From positions 19,591 through 83,590 of the forward strand of contig JASFYO010000010.1 in NCBI GenBank assembly GCA_045047305.1: a DNA stretch of 64,000 bases, read 5' to 3'. The translations under genes and the position numbers were made by a program. Origin of the DNA: Planctomycetota bacterium. Its GTDB lineage: Bacteria > Planctomycetota > UBA1135. Shown here piece after piece: positions 30,324-38,236 of this stretch. How positions within the stretch are numbered: position 1 is the first letter of the stretch; each line of letters opens with the position of its first letter. Under the pieces are notes generated by a model. It was not told where the DNA came from, ran no database searches, and saw only the letters and a program-made list of their open reading frames with translations.

Positions 30324-30980
30324 TCACTCCACAACTGCCAAGCACAAAGCACGGACCTCACGTACTCCTGCGCTGCGTAAGGCTCGAGCGGCCTCCTGCA
30401 AGGTAGCCCCTGTAGTGGATACATCATCCAATAACATGACCGAAACGGGCACCTTGCCGCCACGCCAATCAAACACTCCCTGCAGATTCGCACGGCGTTC
30501 TGTGCCACTCAATTCGGCTTGATTGCCACGAGTTTGTCGCCGCACCAAAAGCCTTTGAGAGTTGGCGCCAAGTGAGGAAGCTAAAGGTTTGCAGAGAAAC
30601 TGGGGCAAGTACCAATCGGCACGGCGCCGCTGCTTGGAAGGCGGCGGCACACACCACCGCGCTTCTCCTGCTGCAGCGAGATGCGGCGCATCCCCCAGGC
30701 GCACAAGCTGATGTATCGCGGCACGCCGTAAAGCCCAGGCATGGGCACCATGCGGCTGATCTTTCGCCTGCACGATTAAGCGCCGCACCGTTCCGGCATA
30801 GGGCCAAAGGGCAAGACGCTGCAAGTTGGGTAAATCCAGAACCCCGAATGCTGGTGGCCAATCCTGTTTACAACAAGAGCAAAGCATGACCCCCAGGGCA
30901 CTCAAGCCCACACTCGTATCTACATTTCCACAACCAGCGCACCCAGGGAGCAGGAAGGCGTCGGCTAGAATCGTCCACAC
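30324..30980 (-). CDS. ComF-family double-zinc-ribbon/phosphoribosyltransferase protein
   Basis: CAGC...LCSCC, Q-L-ERRANL-F, LLDDVSTTGATL. Confidence 0.85.
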   Translation of the reverse strand: MWTILADAFLLPGCAGCGNVDTSVGLSALGVMLCSCCKQDWPPAFGVLDLPNLQRLALWPYAGTVRRLIVQAKDQPHGAHAWALRRAAIHQLVRLGDAPHLAAAGEARWCVPPPSKQRRRADWYLPQFLCKPLASSLGANSQRLLVRRQTRGNQAELSGTERRANLQGVFDWRGGKVPVSVMLLDDVSTTGATLQEAARALRSAGVREVRALCLAVVE

Positions 30981-31007
30981 CTTGGTAGACGACTTGATGA
31001 AAAAAGG

Positions 31008-31589
31008 TTACGCCGGAAAATGCGGCGCGCGACGCCCAAACAACTTCGATGGAGCTTCCTTTAATCCCAAGCGATCGCGCAAACGGCGCACATAACTCTC
31101 CACCGTGTCTTCCGTTGCACCTGGAATACCAAACAACTCCCCTATTTCACGAGTGAGAGCAAGATTGTCTTCAAAAGAAAAATGAAACTCACGCAAGTGA
31201 GCCTGCAAATAACGCCGCATAGCATTCTCCGTATATTTCCCCTGCAAAAACAACAGAACCGCAGACAAAACGACTAAGCCAATGGCACCACCCGGGAGCA
31301 TGAGTTTGGGTAGCTCGACATCTAATGTCACCGCCGCGCCAATCAGGATGCCCGCCATCGCGAGAAAACAGGCACCAACTTGACCGCGGACCTTGGATTG
31401 CAGCACTCCACGCAGGGGCTCCAACGAAGTAATCATGGTGCCAAGAATCAGCGAGCTGCGGAACCGCGCGCGATCGCGGCCAAAGGCTGAAAAGAAAAAT
31501 CCTCCAGCGAAAATCAAGCAGCAGGCGCCCAAACCTAGCATGGTTGGGTCGGCGTTGGTGAGAACCTGGCGGAGAGGCGTACGCAGCAC
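31008..31589 (-). CDS. Hypothetical membrane protein (3 TM)
   Basis: Three hydrophobic segments; GTG start at 31589 chosen because TACTAT lies 6 nt upstream. Confidence 0.65.
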   Translation of the reverse strand: MLRTPLRQVLTNADPTMLGLGACCLIFAGGFFFSAFGRDRARFRSSLILGTMITSLEPLRGVLQSKVRGQVGACFLAMAGILIGAAVTLDVELPKLMLPGGAIGLVVLSAVLLFLQGKYTENAMRRYLQAHLREFHFSFEDNLALTREIGELFGIPGATEDTVESYVRRLRDRLGLKEAPSKLFGRRAPHFPA

Positions 31590-31724
31590 AAAGGCATAGT
31601 ACCGGCGGCGAGTCTCGGCTCCAATTCCAGAAAAACTTTGCAAGCGCAACATTCCTGAAACATCCCTAGCCGATGATGCAAGAGTCAATGGCGGCTCCCG
31701 CACTCGACCAACCACGTGATTACC

Positions 31725-32693
31725 ATGAAAAATCCACTCTACCCTCTGTTAAGCCTAGTTTTAGGCCTCTTTTTACTCTCTGCAACCCATGCCATGGCGC
31801 AGGAGGCCAGCGCAACACCCCAGGCTGCACTCACCAGCAACTCCACCACTGACCACAAACCTCAATTACACGCAGAAGAAGATGAGGAACTCATGTGGAT
31901 GATGGATGGCCTGTCCCTCGCATCCGATGCCATTGGAATCACTGAAGAGGAATTGTTCGATGCTCTTGCCCACGGACTTTCCATGGCTGACGTCGCCCGT
32001 GCTCACGGACTAGACCCCATCGATTTATTGGATATCGCGGTGAGCTTTGAGGAAAGCGAAATTCTTGAGGAACTCCTTGATGAGGAAATCAATCGCCAAG
32101 ACGCGGAAGAGTGGCGCGAGGAAGCTGCCACCGACAACGCTTGGCTGTACTACACCGAAGACCCATTTGGTTTAGAGGATATTGTTTGGATTCTGGACGG
32201 CGCCAGTGAGGTCATGGATCTCGACATTCTGGAGCTCACGGAATGGATGTACGATGGTGTAAGTTTGGAAACGATTGCCAAAGAAATGGAAGTGGATCTC
32301 GGTGAGATCTCGGACTCCGCTTTAGATTATCTCGACGACACCATCGAAGTTATGTTGATGTTAGAAGATATCGAAGAGGACGAAGCCAAGGAATGGTCCG
32401 ACTGGAGCGAAGAATCCTTAGACGAGATGCTGGCGCAATCCGACCTCCTCGATGTTGTGGCTGAGGATTTGTGGGCGGACGAAATGGCCGAAACCGTGGC
32501 TGACCTATTGGATCTTGACACTGAGGAATTATGGGAAAAGATTGACGCTGGCGGTGACATCATGCTTATGTTGCGCGTCGAAGGAATCAAAATCGAAGAT
32601 CCGGAGCTTGAAGAAAGAATTGTAGAATTCAATGACTGGCTCAAGGAAGACAACCTCGAGGATGATGCTGAAAGCGAGCGCGAACATTTCTAA
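31725..32693 (+). CDS. Exported highly acidic protein with three helical repeats
   Basis: Signal peptide ...AMA|QEA; very D/E-rich; repeats with a period of about 94-98 aa; alternative GTG start at 31716. Confidence 0.8.
   Translation: MKNPLYPLLSLVLGLFLLSATHAMAQEASATPQAALTSNSTTDHKPQLHAEEDEELMWMMDGLSLASDAIGITEEELFDALAHGLSMADVARAHGLDPIDLLDIAVSFEESEILEELLDEEINRQDAEEWREEAATDNAWLYYTEDPFGLEDIVWILDGASEVMDLDILELTEWMYDGVSLETIAKEMEVDLGEISDSALDYLDDTIEVMLMLEDIEEDEAKEWSDWSEESLDEMLAQSDLLDVVAEDLWADEMAETVADLLDLDTEELWEKIDAGGDIMLMLRVEGIKIEDPELEERIVEFNDWLKEDNLEDDAESEREHF
31920..32600 (+). repeat. Protein-level repeat A-x(2)-h-G/D-h-x(2)-EL-x(3)-h-x(2)-G-x-S-h-x(2)-hA (third copy partial)
   Basis: ASDAIGITEEELFDALAHGLSMADVA (31920); ASEVMDLDILELTEWMYDGVSLETIA (32202); VADLLDLDTEELWEKIDAGGDIMLML (32496). 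Confidence 0.7.
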
Positions 32694-32701
32694 ATGACTC
32701 T

Positions 32702-33400
32702 ATGATGACTCGGGTGAAGAAGAACCGCATCTTGGTGGTTGAGGATGAACCGCGCATTGCGCATTGGGTCACCTCCTTCTTTACCCGTGCCGGTTTCGAG
32801 GCCGACAGTGTCCACAACGGCGCTCTTGGCCTTGAACGCATCCTTCATGAGGCACCGGACCTAGTGATTCTAGATCGTATGTTGCCAGATATCGACGGGT
32901 TGGAGGTTCTGCGCCGTGTACGCATGGTTTCTGCAGTACCGATTATTTTGCTCACTGCCCTTGGAGATGATCATCAACGTATCGAAGGCCTGCGCCATGG
33001 CGCCGATGATTATCAGTGCAAGCCATTTCATCCAGAAGAGTTGGTCGCACGTGCCGAGGCTATTCTGCGCCGTGTGCGTGACGAAAGTTGCGAGCAACTG
33101 ATAAGCGAAAATGTGGTTCTAAATCTGGATGCCCGTTCCTGCTGTGTACGGAATACATCGGTGGAGTTGACCCGACTACAATTCGACATCCTTGCCACCC
33201 TCATGAAAAGGCCAGGTCAAGTCTTCCCCCGCCGCGATCTAGTGCAAGCGGCGTTCGACCGCGACTTCCAGGGATCCGATCGCGCTGTCGATGTTCAAAT
33301 CAGACGCCTTCGCGAACGAGTCGAATCGAATTCCTCACAGCCACAATTGATTGAAACTGTGCATGGAGTTGGCTATCGCTTCTCCGATTTGGTTGAATAA
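32702..33400 (+). CDS. OmpR/PhoB-family response regulator
   Basis: ILVVEDE, DLVILDRMLP, PIILLTA, GADDY-KPF, winged-helix motifs RAVDVQIRRLR and IETVHGVGYRF. Confidence 0.96.
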   Translation: MMTRVKKNRILVVEDEPRIAHWVTSFFTRAGFEADSVHNGALGLERILHEAPDLVILDRMLPDIDGLEVLRRVRMVSAVPIILLTALGDDHQRIEGLRHGADDYQCKPFHPEELVARAEAILRRVRDESCEQLISENVVLNLDARSCCVRNTSVELTRLQFDILATLMKRPGQVFPRRDLVQAAFDRDFQGSDRAVDVQIRRLRERVESNSSQPQLIETVHGVGYRFSDLVE

Positions 33401-33404
33401 GTTC

Positions 33405-35132
33405 ATGCGTTCAGGGCTACGCACTCGAGTGTTCATGGCAAGTGTTGCCGTCGTCTTGCTCACCTTAATCCTAGGTGGTGCTTTAGTTGGGGACGCAGTC
33501 CGCGGCAACTTCTCTCGCTTTGCGCGCGCCGAAGCTCGAGACCAAGCCTATGACTTAGGTGTGTATTTGGAGTCTTGGCTCAATCGTTCTGAGAACCAAG
33601 ACCGCCCTGGCCCAGCATTACAGGATTTCTTTGCTGGCGATGTGCCCGACTTCCGACCCTATTCCACCGAGGACTTAGATGGCCCCAAATGGGGTGATTG
33701 GACAGCTCTTGCGGCCAATTCGCTGCGCATGAAGGAAAGCGATTTAGTCGCAAGACTTGCGCTGCAATCGATGGAAGAAATCTGTGATGAAACTGATTTC
33801 TCCACCGAGTCTTTGCTCGCCATCATCATGCGCTATGAGATGAACGCCCTGGAACAAGAGGGTTATGCGGAAGCCGACGCAGTCGATGAATTAGGAGGCA
33901 TTCTTTTTGAGGTACATACCTTCCTCTACGATGGCCCGGCCGAACAAGCACTTCAAATCGACGCCTATGAAAATGCCCTCCCTGAACGCCTCAATTGGTT
34001 CTTGGACACTCTGGTGGATGATGCGCAAATCCTTGCCGTCGACCCCAATGGCAAGGTCCTTTTTGACTCTAGCGGCGGTTCTTTAGGGGTTCAGGTTCCA
34101 GAACCACTGTTCGACGCGGCCACGGCCATTTACGATTGGCGCGATGGGTCTGAGCTGTGCGAAATCATTGTCGCCGCTGGCCCTGGCCACTACCGCGCAG
34201 AAGCTAACTTCTTCTTACAGAGAGTGAAGCGCTCCCTGACAACTAGCGCCTTGCTCCTCCTAGGCGCCGCGCTCCTCCTTTCCTGGTGGCTTGGCCGACG
34301 CCTCTTAGCTCCCATCCAAGCCCTCACCGATGCGTCTGCGCGCCTTGCCAAGGGCGACTCCGACGGACGCCTCCCGGTTGGCAGCGAAGATGAGGTTGGC
34401 AGAATGAGTGCTTCCTTTAACCACATGCTGGAATCTCTGGAGGAGCAACGGGAACTCCGCAAACGCCTCGTTGCTGATTTAGCGCATGAATTAAATACTC
34501 CCCTCAGCGTGATTCAGCTGGAACTTGCAGGGCTCGATGCCGGGATGCAATCCGCAAAAGAATGCGCAGAACGGATTGGGGTGGAATTGGAAGTCCTGAA
34601 ACGCTTAGCCAACGATGTCCGCATTCTCGCCGACTCCGACCGCGGCGCCCTAGAATTACGCCTTGAACCATGTGACGTCCAGGCCTGCTGCCACGAAACG
34701 GTGCAACGTTGGCAACCTCGTGCCGCAGAGAAGAATATCCAATTGGAATTTCTTGACGGACCTTCCTTCCCACCCGTGCAAGCCGACCGCGTGCGCGTGA
34801 TGCAAGTTCTCGGAAACTTACTAAGTAATGCGGTGCGCCACAGTGACATCCATGGAAACGTTCAAGTCGATGCGCAAGTCACTAGCGACGCAAACGGAGA
34901 GTCCTTCCTGCAAGTTTCTGTTCAGGACAATGGCGAAGGCATTCCAGCGCAACAAATCCCCACGATTTTCGAACGTTTCACCCGCGCAGACTCCTCGCGC
35001 AATCGCGAGTCTGCAGGGCGTGGGCTGGGACTTGCCATTGTCGCCGACTTAGTCCAACGCCACGGCGGGCGCGTGTGGGTAGAGAGCGAAATCGGTACCG
35101 GCAGCACCTTCTATTTCACTCTACCCCTCTAG
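33405..35132 (+). CDS. Membrane sensor histidine kinase (periplasmic sensor, HAMP, HisKA, HATPase; BaeS-like)
   Basis: Two TMs, HAMP DEVGRMSASFNHM, H-box LAHELNTPL, N-box QVLGNLLSNAVRH, DNGEGI, GRGLGLAIV, GTGSTF. Confidence 0.95.
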   Translation: MRSGLRTRVFMASVAVVLLTLILGGALVGDAVRGNFSRFARAEARDQAYDLGVYLESWLNRSENQDRPGPALQDFFAGDVPDFRPYSTEDLDGPKWGDWTALAANSLRMKESDLVARLALQSMEEICDETDFSTESLLAIIMRYEMNALEQEGYAEADAVDELGGILFEVHTFLYDGPAEQALQIDAYENALPERLNWFLDTLVDDAQILAVDPNGKVLFDSSGGSLGVQVPEPLFDAATAIYDWRDGSELCEIIVAAGPGHYRAEANFFLQRVKRSLTTSALLLLGAALLLSWWLGRRLLAPIQALTDASARLAKGDSDGRLPVGSEDEVGRMSASFNHMLESLEEQRELRKRLVADLAHELNTPLSVIQLELAGLDAGMQSAKECAERIGVELEVLKRLANDVRILADSDRGALELRLEPCDVQACCHETVQRWQPRAAEKNIQLEFLDGPSFPPVQADRVRVMQVLGNLLSNAVRHSDIHGNVQVDAQVTSDANGESFLQVSVQDNGEGIPAQQIPTIFERFTRADSSRNRESAGRGLGLAIVADLVQRHGGRVWVESEIGTGSTFYFTLPL

Positions 35133-35136
35133 CGAC

Positions 35137-36678
35137 CTACTCCCACTCAATGGTCCCGGGAGGCTTAGAAGTAATATCCAAAACCACACGGTTGATACCT
35201 GGTGAGTTGTTGATGATGCGATTAGAAATCGCCTGCAAGCATTCGCGTGAAGGGTAAACCCAATCCGCAGTCATACCGTCATTCGATTGCACGGCACGGA
35301 TAGCACAAGCCTCTTCATAGGTGCGCTTATCACCCATCACTCCGACAGAGCGCGCGCCAGTAAGCACAGCAAAGTATTGCCAAACGCCCAAGTGCTCCTC
35401 GCGAGCTTCAAACTCTTCGCGTACCACGCGGTCGGCTTCACGTAGGAGGTGAATGCGTTCTGGAGTACAGTCGCCGACACAACGCACCGCAAGCCCTGGC
35501 CCCGGAAACGGCTGACGCGCAACCATCTCTTCTGGCAGTCCCAGAATACGCCCAAGTTCTCGGACTTCATCTTTGAACAACAGGCGGAGCGGTTCCACCA
35601 AGTCCATGTCGAGGTCGTCGGGAAGTCCACCTACGTTGTGATGCGACTTGATGACCTCGGTTGCGCCACCATGCGCAGCAACGGATTCAATGACATCGGG
35701 ATAAAGGGTGCCTTGGCCCAAGAATTTGGCATTCTTGAAGCGCTTGGCTTGCTCGCGGAAGATCTCCACGAACTCATAACCAATGACCTTACGCTTAGTC
35801 TCTGGGTCAGTAACCCCAGCAAGCTTGCTAAGGAAACGTTCTTCAGCATCAATCACCGTCAGGTCTAACTCAAAGTGATCTTCGAATGCCTTCTCCACCA
35901 TTTGGCGTTCGCCCGCACGCAGCAAGCCGTTATCGACGAAAATTGCATGGCAACGGTTACCGATAGCCTTTTGGCACAAAGCACCGACCACCGAACTATC
36001 GACGCCTCCAGAAAGCCCAAGCACAATCTCACCATCATCGCCGACTTGTTGGCGCACGCGATCAATCAACTCAGTTGCTAAATCGCCAGGCGTCCAGTCA
36101 CCGACACATCCACAAATATCCTTCAAGAAGTTACGCAACATGCGCTCTCCTTCTTGAGTGTGCCCGACTTCGGGGTGGAACTGCACCGCATAGTAATCGC
36201 GGGAGGTATCTCCGATTGCCCCTTCAGGACAATCAGCGCTGTGCGCCAGATTTTCGAAACCGTCCGGCAATTTCTCTACGCGATCTCCATGACTCATCCA
36301 CACCACAGTGTCGGAAGCGACTCCAGCAAAGAGTTTCCCTGGTGTATCCACTTTCATCGGAGTGAATCCATACTCACGCGAAGTACCGGGAATAACGGCG
36401 CCGCCGAGCACCTCACACATCCATTGCATGCCGTAACAAATTCCTAAGACTGGAACACCATGTTCCAGAATCTCGGCGGGCAAAGTGGGTGCGCCTTCTG
36501 CATAGGCACTACCAGGACCACCCGAAAGAATGATGCCTTTGAGTCCTTCAGCCTTCGATGCTGCGAGAGCTTTGTGTGGCGGAACGACTTCAGAGAACAC
36601 CTGATGTTCACGCACACGTCGTGCAATGAGCTGGGTGTATTGAGATCCGAAATCGACAATGAGGATGCGTTCGTGCAC
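35137..36678 (-). CDS. guaA: GMP synthase (glutamine-hydrolysing)
   Basis: DFGSQYTQLIARR, LGICYGMQ, QFHPEV, LSGGVDSSV, IKSHHNVGGLP, SKPPGTIEWE. Confidence 0.98.
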   Translation of the reverse strand: MHERILIVDFGSQYTQLIARRVREHQVFSEVVPPHKALAASKAEGLKGIILSGGPGSAYAEGAPTLPAEILEHGVPVLGICYGMQWMCEVLGGAVIPGTSREYGFTPMKVDTPGKLFAGVASDTVVWMSHGDRVEKLPDGFENLAHSADCPEGAIGDTSRDYYAVQFHPEVGHTQEGERMLRNFLKDICGCVGDWTPGDLATELIDRVRQQVGDDGEIVLGLSGGVDSSVVGALCQKAIGNRCHAIFVDNGLLRAGERQMVEKAFEDHFELDLTVIDAEERFLSKLAGVTDPETKRKVIGYEFVEIFREQAKRFKNAKFLGQGTLYPDVIESVAAHGGATEVIKSHHNVGGLPDDLDMDLVEPLRLLFKDEVRELGRILGLPEEMVARQPFPGPGLAVRCVGDCTPERIHLLREADRVVREEFEAREEHLGVWQYFAVLTGARSVGVMGDKRTYEEACAIRAVQSNDGMTADWVYPSRECLQAISNRIINNSPGINRVVLDITSKPPGTIEWE

Positions 36679-36692
36679 GGTTCAGGAATTAC

Positions 36693-38138
36693 TTAGTTCG
36701 CTTGCCAGTAGTTTGGCGCTTCTTTGGTGACGCGGACGTCGTGAGGATGATTCTCTTGCCGCCCCGCTCCGGTAATGCGTACAAAGCGTGCGCGGGAGCG
36801 AAAAATACCGAGGTCTTCGGAACCGAGGTAGCCTAGGCCCGCCCGGATACCGCCGACAAACTGATAAACGAAGGGAGCCAAAGCCCCGCGGTGCGGGACC
36901 ATGCCTTCGATGCCTTCGGGGACTAATTTCTGTTGTTCATCGACACTCGCTTGTCCGTAACGAGCTTTACCACCTTCAACCATCGCTGCGAGAGAACCCA
37001 TACCGCGAACAGCTTTGAAGCTGCGCCCTTGATAAAGAAAGGTCTCACCAGGAGATTCGTTCACGCCGGCAAACAAGGAGCCGAGCATCAGGCATTCAGC
37101 GCCAGCTCCTAGAGCTTTAACGCCATCTCCGGAGTGACGTATGCCGCCATCTGCGATGACAGGTACATCTTCCGCGGAACAGACTTGGCTGACTTGATAC
37201 ACCGCTGTGAATTGTGGGATGCCTACCCCTGCAACCACCCGCGTAGTGCAGATACTTCCAGGTCCGATACCAACCTTAATCCCATCTGCACCAGCATCAA
37301 TGAGGGCTTCTGCAGCTTCGGCGGTAGCAATATTGCCAGCGACGACGTCGACCCAATCGCGCTTCTTCAATTCACGCACCGTCTCCATCACGTTCATGCT
37401 GTGCCCATGTGCGGTGTCAACGGTCAGAACATCTACACCCGCAGCAACCAATGCTTCTGCGCGTTCGTAATCACGCACTCCTACGGCAGCACCGGTGATG
37501 AGGCAACCGTTTTTGTCTTTGGCGGCATCCGGGAACTCGCTCGACAAGCGGATATCACGCATGGTGATGAGGCCCGCCAACCTGCCTTCCTTGTCGGCAA
37601 GAATCAACTTCTCTACCTTAGCTTTGTAAAGAATGGATTTGGCTGTGGCGAGATTGGTATCGGGCGGCGCGGTAACCAAATCACGCGACATCACTTCGCT
37701 AGCTTTTTGGTCATCGCCACCTTGATATTTGAGGTCACGCCGCGTGAGAATTCCAACGACCCGACCATTATCAACCACCGGCAGACCTGAAATATTGTTC
37801 TCCGACATCAAGCGCCGGGCGTCCCCCACAGTGTCATCGGGCTCCAAAGTCAGCGGGTCATGAATCACACCATGGGCACTCCGCTTAACGATATCCACTT
37901 CGCGCACTTGATCTTCAATCGACAAGTTGCGGTGAATGATGCCGATTCCGCCCTGTTGCGCCAAGGCAATCGCCAAACGCGACTCAGTTACAGTGTCCAT
38001 CGCAGCCGAGGCAATCGGAATCTCCAAGCGCACGTTGCGCGAGAACCGGGTGACTGTATTGACCTCCGTTGGAAGGACATCCGACTCCTGAGGAATCAGA
38101 AGGACGTCATCAAAGGTGAGTGCAAGTGGCAGGTCCAT
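36693..38138 (-). CDS. guaB: IMP dehydrogenase with CBS pair
   Basis: [54 protein letters not shown]; start placed at MDLPLAL. Confidence 0.98.
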   Translation of the reverse strand: MDLPLALTFDDVLLIPQESDVLPTEVNTVTRFSRNVRLEIPIASAAMDTVTESRLAIALAQQGGIGIIHRNLSIEDQVREVDIVKRSAHGVIHDPLTLEPDDTVGDARRLMSENNISGLPVVDNGRVVGILTRRDLKYQGGDDQKASEVMSRDLVTAPPDTNLATAKSILYKAKVEKLILADKEGRLAGLITMRDIRLSSEFPDAAKDKNGCLITGAAVGVRDYERAEALVAAGVDVLTVDTAHGHSMNVMETVRELKKRDWVDVVAGNIATAEAAEALIDAGADGIKVGIGPGSICTTRVVAGVGIPQFTAVYQVSQVCSAEDVPVIADGGIRHSGDGVKALGAGAECLMLGSLFAGVNESPGETFLYQGRSFKAVRGMGSLAAMVEGGKARYGQASVDEQQKLVPEGIEGMVPHRGALAPFVYQFVGGIRAGLGYLGSEDLGIFRSRARFVRITGAGRQENHPHDVRVTKEAPNYWQAN

Positions 38139-38143
38139 AAGCC

Positions 38144-38149
38144 ATTGTA
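38144..38149 (-). promoter_or_regulatory. -10-like TACAAT 5 nt before the guaB start (candidate leaderless promoter)
   Basis: Minus strand TACAAT-GGCTT-ATG. Confidence 0.55.
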
Positions 38150-38236
38150 GCGCGGCGGCTGGGTGCGATGCTAGCCCCATGCCACGAGGAAATGTGCGTT
38201 ATACTGGCGCTTTCAGCTCGCCCTGAAAGACCTACC

